A stretch of DNA of 64,000 nucleotides. It comes from Octopus vulgaris (taxonomy: Eukaryota). The stretch spans positions 40,114,001 to 40,178,000 of the forward strand of contig OX597823.1 of assembly GCA_951406725.2 (NCBI GenBank), read 5' to 3'. The notes under the pieces are model-generated. The model made no database searches. It was not told where the DNA came from and saw only the letters and a list, made by a program, of their open reading frames with translations. Shown one piece after another: positions 36,546-49,954 of this stretch. A program made the translations under genes and the position numbers. Position 1 is the stretch's first letter; each line of letters opens with the position of its first letter.

Positions 36546-36844
36546 ACTATCCTTTTCTACTCTAGGCATAAGGCCCAAAATATTTGGGGAGGGGGCCAGT
36601 TGATTAGATCGACCCCAGTATGCAACTAGTACTCAATTTATCGACCCCAAAAGGATGAAAGGCAAAGTCGGCCTTAGCGGAATTTGAACTCAGAACATAA
36701 AGACAGATGAAATACTGCTAAACATTTTGCCCGTCATGCTAACATTTCTCACCGCCTTTCCTGCCAGCCGCCCATCCATCCATCTGTCCGTCCGTCTGTC
36801 CGTCCATCTGTCTATCTATCTATCTATCTGTTTGTCTATCTGGA

Positions 36845-37430
36845 ATGTAAATGCCTCAAAGACCTACTCAGACACTTTCAACTGTCCAAAGGTACTGACT
36901 CAACCACCCAGATGCACCAATGTAGACATGGAGCAACCACATAGGGTCGTCGAGATCGTATCCAGATAGAATACTGTGTAGGACAGTAGACAGAGATAGT
37001 ATAGGTTGTCTACAATTTCAAATAGTCAGCTACACAGATCACAAATTTGTGACTTGTATGCTAGACTTAGATAAGACACATAGGCAGGGTCCCAGTTACT
37101 GGAAACTGAACGCATCAAGACAGTTTTACAGAGACCGGATTAGCACTCTAGTGAAGAGGGCTTTGATGGGAGCTATCATCAATAACAGATGGTGATTTGC
37201 CCCCAAAAGATCAATAAAAGCAGAATCTATTAGGTATAGTAAAGCCCTAGCAAAAGATAGGAATAAAATAGAGGGAGATATAATTAAGAAACTAGAAGAG
37301 GCAATTAGAAGTGGCATTGCATCCAATGTATTGGTGGCGAGGTTGGCACTGGACCAACACTTCAACGCCAAACACAAAGGATGCGTTGTTGGAGCTAGGA
37401 TGCATGCTCTAAGAAATGAAGGCATCCACA
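36845..37430 (+). mobile_element. Tx1/L1-clade LINE ORF2 fragment (end of APE endonuclease and linker)
   Basis: TWSNHIGSSRSYPDRI...SYTDHKFV...GPSYWKLNAS; the G.YWKLN motif is typical of Tx1/L1 elements. Confidence 0.75.
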
Positions 37431-37611
37431 ATACACATTCATTCACCATAGCCAGTAGTACAATGAAAACAGCTCTTCCTTCCCATTTGAAGGAAAGAGA
37501 CAGAGCAATCTCTACATTGTATTGTCTCCTCTGTGTCAATGTGTCAAGCCCTGTGTGGCTAATAAAGAAAGTTATCTGTCTGTCTGTTTGGAAAACCTTG
37601 AATCAAGGTGT

Positions 37612-37840
37612 CTTAGCCCTTTAGCATTCAGATTATTCTGTTAAATGCAATGCTTATTTATTCACATTGTTTTGAATTAATGAGGCGTTATATTGTAGCT
37701 TTGAGATTTCGATGACGTGATATTTTATTTTTTTAAATGGTATTGTAGGGTAGGTGTAAGAGGCCAAATCTTGTCTGTTTGAGCATAAAACAGGTGGAAT
37801 ATTTGGGCTGGATATGGCCAGTTTAAATGATAAAGTGTTA
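37612..37840. mobile_element. piggyBac-like MITE of about 225 bp
   Basis: Imperfect TIRs TTAGCCCTTTAGCATT ... AATGATAAAGTGTTAA with TTAA-like ends; second copy at about 12549-12780. Confidence 0.55.
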
Positions 37841-39230
37841 AAGTTAACTTAACAAAGACTAAATTTCTAATTAGCAGGAAAACAGATAGAACACTAATCC
37901 CTTTGGGCAAATGGCCCTGTTCCTTATGTAGACTAGGTGTAGATAGAAATTCCATATGGTGTGCTCAGTGCAAACTATGAGTACATAAGAGGTGCAGTGG
38001 AATGAAAGGTAGGTTAACTGAGAAAGTAGAATTTGTTTGTGGCTGATGTACTGAAGCAATAAATAACAAGAGCATATGGGAAATATATGTATTCTGAAAT
38101 GTCTAGGAGGCTCCGAAGAAGCAGGAGATAGTTTCTGTTATCTAGGTGGCCTGATTAGCAGCGGAGGAAGAGGCTCTGAAAATATAGCTGCTAGACTATA
38201 AATTGGCTTGGAAAAAGTTCAGAAAATTTTTACTTCTGTTGGTAACAAATGGCCTCTCTCAGAATGAACGGCAGATTGTATGATACCTGTGTATGAACAG
38301 CCATGCTATATGGTTGCGAATGCAGAGGACATGTGAAGAGAAAAAAAGAAATGAAACTAGCATGCTCCTATGAATGCAATGTCAGTGTGCATGTATGACA
38401 AAATACTAATGCATTGAGAGAAAAATTGGGCATAAGGGGTATCAGATGTAATATGCAGGAGAGAAGGCTGCACTGGTGTTGTCATGTGATGTAGATGGAT
38501 AAGGTTAGTTGTATAAAGAAGAGCCGATTGCTAAACATGGAAAGAACTTGTGGAAGAGGTAGACCTAGGAAGTTGTGGGTTGAAGCGAGGAACACTGACC
38601 CCAAGATGTTGAGCCTCTCAGAGGAGATGATAAGTGACTGAGATGAGTAGCAACATGCTGTGCTTGAAAAGGCATGTTCATCTCAGCAGAATCAAGGCTT
38701 TGTCAAGCCTTTCCACACAACTCATCATCTGCCATCACCCTTCCACCATCCTTCCACCAATCTTCTATGTTATCCTATTTTCTTCACTTCCCCTCACACT
38801 GATCTGAAATCCTCTGCATCCAACTCATTCCCTATCTCATTTCTGCTTTTCTATCTTTTACAGACTTATATTCACATTCTACCTGAACCTCACATCTCTC
38901 TCTCTCTCCTACTTTCCAGGTGGGTAAGCCATGTATACACCTCTTCAGCAAAACATCTGCTTCTCTTCTATCATAATTTTTACTCTTCCAGTTTATAGCT
39001 GGCTCAGGTGAGTGGTCTTACCTTGCAGGTGCTTGGCAACCTCACATAAAAAGCACTCAGCACATTCCGTTAAGTGGTTGATGCTAGGAAGGGCATCCAG
39101 AGTGTAGAAACCATGCCAAAGCAGACGTACAAATTTTTGGAGCCTTGTGGCTCATCTATTCTTGTCAATGTCAAACTGTCTAACATAGAACCAAGGATGT
39201 TAAATGATGGTAATGATGTTGATGATGATA
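37841..39230 (+). mobile_element. RTE-clade LINE 3' fragment, degenerate, with GAT-rich tail
   Basis: VNLTKTKFL, WPCSLCRLGV, HKRCSG, DSFCYLG, AWKKFR, GRGRPRK; same family as 30600-32672. Confidence 0.75.
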
Positions 39231-39236
39231 TGTGTG

Positions 39237-39271
<35 letters not shown>

Positions 39272-41194
39272 ATACACTCTTTTGCTGAACTACTAAGTTA
39301 TGCAGATATAAGCACACCAGCACCAATTGTGAGGACAAGCAAAGATACAAAGACACGCACATATATGCATATATCCACTCTACGAAATCCACTCACAAGG
39401 CTTTGGTTGGCCCGAGGCTATAGTAGAAGACACTTTCCCAAGGTGCCATGCAGTGGGACTGAACCCAGAACCATGCAGTTAGGAAGCAAACAACTTACCA
39501 CACAGCAACACCTGTGCCTATCTAACTATGCTTTTATGCATGTAGGTAATTCACCGGATTTCTTCTTGTATTTTTACTTCACTCATTTCACATTTTTCAG
39601 TCTTAGATTACATTTTCATGGCTCCATATATTTCCCTCTATTAATCTTATCACCCACTCAACATCTAATATTTCAGATTTATCAACATTACTTTAACCAC
39701 CCACAAAAACAAACAAACATTTCCTCCCAACACTTGAATTCATCTGCTGTATTTAATTCGGATATACTGATTCCATCTTTCTGGAGCCTTATTCGTTACC
39801 TGTCTTAATTATATTCCTATCTCTATATGATCCATCCTCATTATAAATCTGCAACACCTACACAATTAGTCACTTTTAAATTGCAGTGATGGTTACTAAC
39901 GACTAAATTACATATTAATTACAAAAAATTCTCACCTGTTAAAATAGTTTACTACTTAAAAAAAAGTGCTTTATCTTTAATCTTTTACTACCTGCTTCAG
40001 CCACTGGAGTGCAATGACTCTGGTATTCTGGGGCACCCTCCTTGAAAGGGGTTTAGTCAGACAAATCCACCTCAGTACTTACATTTTAAGACAGGTGCTC
40101 ATTCTGTCAGTTACTTTTTGCTGATAAATCCGATGAATTACGTACGTACGTACATAAAAACATAGATAAATAGGTGCAGGTGTTGCTGTATGGTAAGTAG
40201 TTTGCTTACCAACCACATGGTTCTGGGTTCAATACCACTGCAAATTTACAGGGATGTAAACAAACCAGCACTGGTTATCAATGTGGGGATGGGAGCAAAT
40301 GCACACACACACATCTCTGTCTCTGTATCTATCTATCTATCTTTCAAACATGTGCACACACACACATACACACACGCACACGCACACACACACACACACA
40401 CACGCAACACACACACACAATAGGCTTCCACACAGTTTCCATCCTTTACATTAATTCATAACACATTGGTTGGCCTGTGGCTATAGCAGAAGATACTTAT
40501 CCAAGGAGCCGCACAATGAGGACTGGACCTAAATCCATATGACAGCCAAGCGAGCTTCTTATATACTTAGCCATATTGTTAGAGTTTGTGTGGCTTAAAA
40601 CGATGCACGGGAGATGGAAGGGAGGTCAGTCGTGACTGATACTTTATTTTATCGAACCCGGAAGGGGGAAAGGCAAAGCTGATTTCATCAAGAATTGAAC
40701 TCAGAACCTACAATATCGGAAGAAATTGTGTGAAGTATTATTTTATACGACGCTGTAACGAGTCTGTCAATTACTCAGCATAGACTGAGTATAAGTGACA
40801 GAAGAGTCAGTTCCGATGATATAAAAGGAATCTTACAGTAATATGAAAGAACAGCGATAAAATTTGGATAGGTAAGAATGGTAAAATGAGGAACTGAAGT
40901 AACGAAATATATTATATAACAGGAAACTCAATAAAATGTTTTATGACGAGTGGAGTTGGCAGCCTTCATGATGTAAGGGGGATAACTCTTCATAACAAAA
41001 AATGTTAAACCAGCATTGCTGTTCTCATTCTATATCACCGCAGAAGCAATCCAATATCATCACCGTCGCCGCCACTACTACCGCTGCTGCTGCTGCAGCT
41101 ACTACTACTAGTTAAAACAGCATTGATAGTAAAAGTAGTAGTAGTAGTAGTAGTAGCATTGTCAATGCTGTTTTATATTTTACTATCACTCTAA

Positions 41195-41397
41195 TCAGCA
41201 GTTAGCTCCATGGACAGATGCACAAGCAGATTCTCCACATGCGTAGAGCCCAGGAACAATAACATCTCCAGTTTCTGGTCTGTATGTAATAACCTGTCCC
41301 CTATAGTTGGTTGGGATGCCTCCCATGCTGTGTAATGCAAGGCACAGTGGGTAAGACAGGAATAGGTTCACGAGTGACATCAGCACCGGCAAATGTA
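41195..41397 (-). pseudogene. SDHA: Succinate dehydrogenase flavoprotein subunit (SDHA) pseudogene fragment
   Basis: [17 protein letters not shown] / frameshift / [42 protein letters not shown] matches the SDHA FAD-binding/active-site segment; frameshift and stop present; no other SDHA segments recognised in the window. Confidence 0.85.
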
Positions 41398-42289
41398 TAT
41401 GGCAGTTTTAAAGATTAAGCATTAGTTTTACGAATATTATCATCACAAACAGGATATGGTTTCATGTTTAGTGGACAGACAAGAGAAAAACTAAACAAAA
41501 CCACTCCAGGACAGAAATACCATTTAAATTATATAAACATTTTCATTTTCATCTCTTTTCACAGGAAATTGTTGAGACAGTTTGCACTGGCCTACATCAC
41601 CAGAAAGGAAATAGTCGTCCATTGTTATGACAAGTGGTTGATCAAATGTTGTAATTGGTTGCGCAGACAGAGTTGAAAGATTTTTATATAAGTTCGTTTC
41701 GAATATCACGAATTTTCGGTTCGATCCTGCTGAGTGTCACCACTGTGGGATTAATGCAAACTATGCGAGAGAAATTGGGTAACAGAAACTGTGGGTACCC
41801 TCAGATGGATTGGATCTGTAATTAAAAAAAAAAGTTTGCTTTGTCCCCGACGGGTTCCCGAATATTATATTGTTTGTCAGCTTCCCACACTAAAATGTAA
41901 TGAATTGCGAGTTCTGTTAATCGAACAACTAGAACAGTCATCATCGACACCGACGGAAGATAATCATAATCTTGTAGTGTGGTTCTACGGCAATTGATTT
42001 TTGTGTGCGTGTTGTGACGAGGAGAAGGGATGGACCTGGGCTGTCCTAAAGTTTGTGGATCCCGCGACTAAGTTTAATTCCGCACCATTGCTCGTAAAAT
42101 TCAAAATTTATATAACAAGGCCATAGGCTCTGGCATGGTAATATGGCGTATAGTCAGATCCCCAAAACCTATTAGCCCATGACTGCTTAAATTTTTTTTA
42201 TATGTAACGGTTATTGTTTAGGTGGTAGTCAGTGGTCACCAATTTGTATCGGTTGGTATTCGTTACAGTTGAGGGTCACCAACTGACTT

Positions 42290-42477
42290 TGGCCTAGAAG
42301 ACGTTAGAAGGGTCAAGTTGCAAAGTAATTATTCTGCTTAGCGAAGGCATCTGGCAAATGTAACTGGTGTCACTCGCAGAAAAGTTATTATTTTACCGTG
42401 AGAAAAGTACTGTTGAACTATTAAGTGAAATTTGGAGATCGAGGATCGAATCCACGCTATGCCTGCATGAAGCCACT
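42290..42477 (+). repeat. About 190-bp direct repeat, copy 1
   Basis: Closely similar to 44857-45049. Confidence 0.85.
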
Positions 42478-42892
42478 TGTGGTGAACCTTGGCGGTCAAG
42501 CGGGAAAGCAAAACGAAAAAGGGATTTAACGAGGGTAATCTCCCTCGACCTTCTAGAAAATTCTCGAACATTCTAGAAGCTTCCGGTTGATGTGGAAGTG
42601 AGGAACTTCCGGTTCATCCCTTATATAAAAGAACACATTTCTAAATTCGCGTCATTCATTGCCTGCTGATTCTTCGACATGCATTGAGTCGGTCCACTCG
42701 CATACACACACTCGCACGCGCGTATGTTCGCCTCATTGCTTGGAGACATTTGGTTGCAAAAGAAATGCTCATGCGATGTTACAAGCTTTCCTTCAATTAA
42801 CCTTATATGTTAACGCATTACCTCCAGTAATAAATATGTTATGACTTATTACAAACGTCTCGCAAATTCTTATTTTCTTGTCATTACGTACA
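42478..42892 (+). mobile_element. Putative LTR (TG...CA) followed by a PBS-like sequence
   Basis: TGTGGTG start, TATATAAAAG, AATAAA, ...GTACA end, then TGGTGATCCC at 42896. Confidence 0.55.
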
Positions 42893-42949
42893 AAATGGTG
42901 ATCCCTCTTTCTCTCATGCTTATTTAATTATAGGACGTCACTTAATCGA

Positions 42950-44816
42950 CATCACTATACACTACATCACCCACCCCCACTCCGGAGAGGTTCCAAGAAA
43001 AGGAAACGAACAATCGAGGAAGAGAAAGAAATGCATGGCTGAGGAAACATTTTGTATATCAGGAGAGAGGATCGTTGAAGTGTATACGGGACAATTTTCT
43101 ATTCGGTGAAGTCCGAATAGCGTGTCGCTTTGCGTGCCAAGATATGCAGTCAGTGACTGGGTAGTATGGAAAATGTGTTAGCGCGTGCGTGCGCATGAGG
43201 GCGTATACACGAGTGCAGGTGCACGTATCAAAATTCACTGTAAAATAAGCTCAGGTGAGCGAGTGAGTGTATTCTCAATCTATGATATCGAAGATCTTCC
43301 TGCATGATTGCAGTGTGTGAAATGACATGAAGGTTTTTCAGAAGTGAAATGTGTCTGGCGCTGGTGTTGTGGGTAATTGCTGACGTTAGCAAGAACGACA
43401 GCATAGTATGCTGGAGTGATGCACAAGACAGATAATTTTCTCCATTCATTACGTGACCAAGCAGAGGTCTAACAGATGGAAATTATGTCTAAACATGAGC
43501 GCCGAGCATGTGAACATCCGACGTGCATCGAGTCGGGAAAAGATTTGAGCTGGCACAGACGTGTTGAAAAAAAGGTAGTCGAGGCATAATAGAGTTTTGT
43601 GTGTGTGTGTGTGTGTGCAAATGAGTGCTCAAGGCTGAGGCAGTAGCGCTAGTGCATTGATTCTAGATACAATGTACAGTGTTGAATATGCCAGTGATTA
43701 AGGCAATGCTGAATATGCCAGCCGGTGCATAAGGTATTAAACGCTTTGAATGTGCAGGAGCAAAAGTGTGGCATGCTGGGGCGTTGTAAGGGACAAACAA
43801 CTTTCTCTATGTATACGTGACCAACCTAGGGTCTTACAGAGACGAGTTGTGTGTACAAGGGTGCAGGGAGCATGAAAAACAAGCGAGAAAGGCATGGTGT
43901 GGTGTGGTGCATAAATGTGACAGTGTTAGCATGCAGGTACATGTATGAAAGTTGAGCGGTGAGGCAAAATAAATGAACGGTACAGAAATGAGCAAACAAA
44001 AGGTGGCAAACTTAGCTGAAAATAGTGTCCTTTGTTGAAAGTTTACTGCTGAAAGTGAAAAAAAAAATGTGCATGTAAAGAAAGAGTTGCTGAAAGTCTA
44101 TATGAGAGTCTTATATACGTGTAAAAGTTCGTAGACAATGCAGGGTCTGTACGTCGGGACGAGACGAAAAGTGTATGTGTGCCGAAAAGGTTACATATGC
44201 GGGCTTTCGTATTTTCTTCCAGTTGGTTTCTGGGAATGTAGCTATCGAAATGATGCATTTATTGGCTTCCATGGTGAGCGAATTTTTTGTGCGTCGGATG
44301 TGTTGCATTGTTGTGAAGTGCATCGTAGATTGCATCGCAGTATAGTGCTTTCAGATACGCGTACTATAACACAAGTTGAACGAGGGTGCATCTTGATGGT
44401 GACAAAAGCTCGAGGATCAGTAAAATGCAGCGGCATGTAGCATCAGAAAGTAGTAGCTGTTTTTAGACGGGGTCACCAGTGTAATCGATGGATTTGACGA
44501 CTGTTCATGCGAAGGTGAAGAAAGTTAATTTCGTCCTGTATATGTGTGTACACGATATCATCCTAGTATATATAAAGAGATATGGTAATGTTACAGAGAA
44601 AAGAAAGTGAGTTAGTGGAAGTGAGAATAGTGGGACGAAACAATTGCTTCGTTGGTGCGTTACCATAGTTATCCCTTTGTACTTTTTCCTTCAGAGACGG
44701 CGTTTTGTTCAGCCGGCCAGCCAGACCCGGTTCTCCCTAACTTTTTCTTACGGAGTTCTTGTTTTTATAACTATCCAAAACTAGTCAGAAGGGGTGACAT
44801 ATTATTGAGTACAACA
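42950..44816 (-). mobile_element. Putative LTR (44480-44816) with PBS and degenerate internal sequence on the minus strand
   Basis: Minus strand TGTTGT...TATAAAAA...GATTACA, then TGGTGACCCCG (44468-44478); the internal part has no recognisable ORF. Confidence 0.45.
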
Positions 44817-44856
44817 GATTTCGTTGGCGGTCTGTTATCTCTATTCTAGCTTTTGG

Positions 44857-45049
44857 TGGCCCAGAAGACATTAGAAGGGCCAAGTTGCAAAGACATTATT
44901 CTGCTTAGCGAAGGCATCTGGCAAATGTAACTGCTGTCACTCACAGAAAAAAAAAACTATTATTTTACTGTGAGAAAAGTACTGTTGAACTGTTAAGTAA
45001 AATTTGGCGATCGAGGATCAAATCCACACTATGCCTGCATGAAGCCACT
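44857..45049 (+). repeat. About 190-bp direct repeat, copy 2
   Basis: Closely similar to 42290-42477. Confidence 0.85.
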
Positions 45050-45071
45050 ACATATATATTTATGTGTGTAA

Positions 45072-45300
45072 AGGCGGCGAGCCGGCAGAAACGTTAGCAC
45101 GCCGGGCGAAATGCGTAGCCGTATTTCGTCTGTCGTTACGTTCTGAGTTCAAATTACGCCGAGGCCGACTTTGCCTTTCATCCTTTCGGGGTCGGTAAAT
45201 AAAGTACCAGTTTCGCACTGGGGTAGATGTAATCAGCTTAATCCGTTTGTCTGTCTTTGTTTGTCCCCTCTATGTTTAGCCCCTTGTGGGTAGTAAAGAA
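45072..45300 (+). mobile_element. SINE (GGCGGCGAGC-head family with GCCTTTCATCCTTTCGGGGTCG central domain)
   Basis: Same family at 55779-56012, 49370-49954, 61995-62580, 36555-36755 and 24165-24385. Confidence 0.8.
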
Positions 45301-45689
45301 ATATATATTTATGTGTGTGTCTGTGTGTTTATGTCTGTGTTTGTCTTCCTCACCATCGCTTAAAAATCGATGTTGGTGTGATACTGAATTAGTAAAGCGG
45401 GGTACAAAATACCTACCGATACATCCTTTGACTTTCTGAGTTTAAATACCTGGTGCCAACTCGGTTAAATCTATTTGTGGTTTATATCGTAAGAGTAATG
45501 AACTTCTAAATTTTAAAAATGCATATTTAATAGATTTCTAACTCATATATAAATACATATTTATACTTTCAACTGGAAAATATAAAAGTTTAAATTTTTC
45601 CTTATCAGAGTCATATTTCAGCAGATTAAACATCAAGAAAATATTCAGCTGCACCTCTAACATCGGCGGCAACCATGTTAAACATTATC

Positions 45690-46145
45690 ATATATATATC
45701 CGGTAACCATGTACCTTGTGGCTACTCTGCAACGAACCTTGCACCTTAAAGCCCATACAGTTCCAGGCCTCTTTAACTATCTCTTCTCATTTCACTAAGC
45801 CAAGTGCGGAAACATATCTGCAAGCATGAAGCAAAGAAGGCCATCAACTCTGAACATAATCTTCATCAGTAACCCACGTTCCTCAAAAGAAATTTATTCG
45901 AGAGTTAGTCCCTAGCCTGGCCAAAGTTTTCACTCTTTCATTTTAAGGCTATATCTCGATCTTTGAAACACTACAGTGTGTTCCATTCCAAATTAGGAAA
46001 TCCTCTCTGACCCTGTCGATTACTATCGTATCACATTGACTTCCGACATCTCCAAGGTAATTGAAACAAACATCAACTTTCTCCATCACTTTCAATCTCT
46101 GAACCTCATTAATAGCCACCGTAAAGTCAGATCTACAGAACATCG
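45690..46145 (-). mobile_element. Degenerate RTE-like LINE fragment
   Basis: VMEKVDVCFNYLGD resembles the LEVVDSFQYLGD motif of the other RTE copies. Confidence 0.5.
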
Positions 46146-46399
46146 ATTGATCATCTACTGGTCATTTATTCTCCAATTTCGTCCACTTGTGGGTTTTCTT
46201 CCTTGAGGAATTTTGTAAAAACAGTGCCATAGCACCTGGCATCACGCAAATCTGGTAAAACTGTCTGTCTGTGGACTTAATTGATTTTTTTTGTCATCAT
46301 CTTTCTGCTCTTGGCATTTCCAAAAAGTGTATCTGGTCCAACACAGGTCTTAACCACTGAAAACAAATAATCTATCTGAATAGTCTAAGAACAGCTGTT

Positions 46400-46653
46400 A
46401 GACACTTATACAAGATACTCAAGATCAATCCTGATCTACAGCACCATCTCAAGTTTCATCAAGCAATAACTGCCTCAAACAAATGAAATTAATCCTGTAG
46501 ACACAAGATAACATATGTCGCTTGTGTTTAATACGATGTAAGTCCATAGCTGGTCTGAAAAGTCACATCCGTACACATTCAAGGATGAAAGTAAATCAGA
46601 ACAATCAGGTTGAATGTGAGACAGCGGTCATTCAACAAGAAGAGGCAATCATC

Positions 46654-46655
<2 letters not shown>
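46400..46655 (+). mobile_element. LINE 3' end with a C-terminal C2H2 zinc finger (RTE/BovB-like)
   Basis: ICRLCLIRCKSIAGLKSHIRTH followed by a short tail and (TATG)n. Confidence 0.55.
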
Positions 46656-46684
<29 letters not shown>

Positions 46685-46702
46685 TGTATGTATGTATGTA
46701 TG

Positions 46703-46733
<31 letters not shown>

Positions 46734-47819
46734 CAAAAACTTGTTTGCATGTATGAACCAAAAACTTGTATGTATGTAACAAAAACTAGATGAGGCCGAC
46801 ACTATAGGAAATGAAATACAATGTGTACTACAAAATGAAAACGGAACAGCACTTGAAGCTTTCACTTGTATTTCGATATTTCAGAGTTATAAGGCATTTT
46901 TCAGAACACATGACGGAAAGAGAGATGGAATATGTCGTTGGTCAGATATGTGGGAGAGGATAGTGACATAGCCAGCCTGCTGCATGTAGTTCCCTTCCAT
47001 TGTTTAGAGTTGACCTTAGTTTGTAATAAGGATGACCTCCTTGATTCGGAGATTGCCTGTATTACGTTCAGTGGCCCATCGCCGTCTTTTGATGATGAAT
47101 ATACAGTAATTCAATCAAACGAATAATCTGTTCGTTGAATTAGCGTGTAAGTGACTGTGTATTCCACAGACATGAGTATCCTTAACGCTATCCGATAATA
47201 AAATTAGCGTGATACAGTGTGTGACCAGACCGTATCTTTGAATTGCAGTCACAATATCTTGCTGCGAGCTTCCTCATAGTTTCTATCTGCTCAGTTTTCC
47301 TCACAAGATTGAGATCAACTTATGGCAATTGTAAAAGATGTCATGCCTGAGATCGAACCAAGGTGCTCGTGATTGCAAAGCAATCTTAGCCATTTAGCCA
47401 AGCAGCATCTATACACATACCTAAAACATCAATAAATTCACCCTCGTTACAGCACCTGACGTGCTGTACAAAGTCATTAATAATATTTAAGACAATAAAT
47501 CATCAATTACTCAGAGACACCACCCGCATGAAAAATAGTTAAGTTAGTGTTAAAACGTTTTAATGTAGGGAGCGTCAAAAATCTAGCGGCGTGGAAAAAA
47601 ACAGCAGTAACTGAATGACAAATAACAGTTTAACAGTTTTAATATCTACGGGAGACAACTCCAGCTTGTTTCGTTCTTATTTGACTTCTTCATTGAGGTA
47701 CTTGTCAAAACGGTAATAATGGAATCGCTGACGAGTAATATTTTATATATGAGTTGGCGTGAAAAAATTGCGTATTAAAAATTATAGAAGTCATAAGCAA
47801 ATTACCTAGAATCAAGAGT

Positions 47820-47856
<37 letters not shown>

Positions 47857-48039
47857 CATGCTCGCGCGCACAAACACACACATCCACACACATGCACACA
47901 CGCATCTATGTATGTATCTATTTGTCTGTTTGTACACCTGTCTGCCTCTCTGTCTGTCAGCCTGCCCGCCCACATGTCTGCCTATCTGTCTGTGTCTCTC
48001 TCATTCTCTCTTTCTTTCTCTCTCTCTATATATGTTTAA

Positions 48040-48161
<122 letters not shown>

Positions 48162-48177
48162 CTCTATCTCTCTATCT

Positions 48178-48215
<38 letters not shown>

Positions 48216-48746
48216 CATCTGTCTATCTGTTTACCAAAAATTCTGTACACGCGCCAATACCTATATCATACATATCATCTTCTGTGGTATGTATTTTTTT
48301 CAGTTGATATGTACGCTTGGTGTTTGTTTATTCCAAGTTTATAAGAATATATGTCCTTTTTCTCTCTCACTTTTTTTTTTCGTATAAAGTTAATATATTT
48401 GGGAGGAATAATATCATTTTCATAACCAAACCTGACTTATCTCTATTAGTCGTTCAAGTTTTCGTTAGCAGGCACTCAAATCTAATACATAACAAACATG
48501 TACTGACATATTTTGCTGGGAGCTGTTCGCAATGTTAGGTAATAAGAATACTGACGTAGCAGGAAAACATTAATTCGACCCATTTAAATCGTGAGTGTTC
48601 AGAATGAAATTCAGAATATAAGAATTTAAAAAAAAAATCATTATTTGTACCGTGTTCAGCGAGGCCTGGAATGATTATTCCTATATTTATTTCTAACACG
48701 TCTAGGCAAGTTCTGACGCAAAATATGCTATTTACTGTTGTGGATG

Positions 48747-49065
48747 GAAGCACTCCGTCGGTTACGACGACGAGGCTTCCGGTTGATCCGAATCAACGGA
48801 ACAGCCTGCACGTGAAATTAACGTGTAAGTGGCTGAGCACTCCACAGAGCCGGCCCTTTGAAATACAGGTACAACAGAAACAGGAAGTAAGAGAAAGTTG
48901 TGGTGAAAGAGTACGGCAGGGATCACCACCATCCCCTGCCGGAGCCTCGTGGAGCTTTAGGTGTTTTCGCTCAATAAATACTCACAACGCCCGGTCTGGG
49001 AATCGAAACCGCGATCCTATGACCGCGAGTCCGCTGCCCTAACCACTGGGCCATTGCGCCTCCAC
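48747..49065 (-). mobile_element. tRNA-derived SINE (same family as 29452-29839, with an internal deletion)
   Basis: Near-identical head and tail sequence. Confidence 0.9.
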
Positions 49066-49369
49066 AGTTACTGTAGTATACGTCATAGGAAAATAGCTTC
49101 GTCCTTTTCCGACGACAGTGTGTTCAACATACCCAGCTCATTGGCCCGCAGTCTTCTGGAACACTGCTGTTTCGATATGTTATGTCTCGCCAGCCAGAAG
49201 TATCCAGAACTCTGAGCTTAGATAAAGCCAATGAACTGAGTGTGTTGAGCATACTGTAGTTGAGAAAAAGAGAAGTTATTCTCCTGTAACGTTCACCACA
49301 GCGAACATCGTATCTTTTCGTTTGAACGTGCTTAGATGTGTTAAGAATAGACATGTATATAATAATCCT

Positions 49370-49954
49370 CTCTACTACAGACACAAGGCCGGAAATGTTG
49401 GGGGGGGGGAGAGTGGGCTATTGATTGCATCCACCCCAGTGTTTCACTGGTATTTAATTTATCGACCCCGAAAGGATGAATATCAAAGTCGAGCTCGGTG
49501 GAATTTGAACTCAGAACGTAGCGGCAGCTGAAATACCTATTTCTTTACTACCCACAAGGGGCTAAACACAGAGAGGACAAACAAGGACAGACAAACGGAT
49601 TAAGTCGATTATATCGACCCCAGTGCGTAACTGGTACTTATTTAATCGACCCCGAAAGGATGAAAGGTAAAATCGATCTCGGCGGAATTTGAACTCAGAA
49701 CGTAGCGGCAGATGAAATACCTATTTCTTTACTACCCACAAGGGGCTAAACACAGAGGAGACAAACAAGGACAGACAAACAGATTAAGTCGGTTATATCG
49801 ACCCCAGTGCGTAACTGGTACTTATTTAATCGAACCCGAAAGGATGAAAAGCAAAGTCGACCTTGGCGGAATTTGAACTCAGAACGTAGCGGCAGACGAA
49901 ATACCGCTAAGCATTTCGCCCGGTGTGCTAACGATTCTGCCAGCTCGCCGCCTT
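49370..49954 (-). mobile_element. SINE with a tandemly triplicated body (period about 184 bp)
   Basis: ATCGACCCCGAAAGGATGAA-like motif at about 49461, 49646 and 49829; single head at the right end. Confidence 0.85.

Noticed and set aside
39074-39808. 244-aa ORF
   Set aside because: It runs through an RTE tail, a microsatellite and an antisense SINE; no protein motif.
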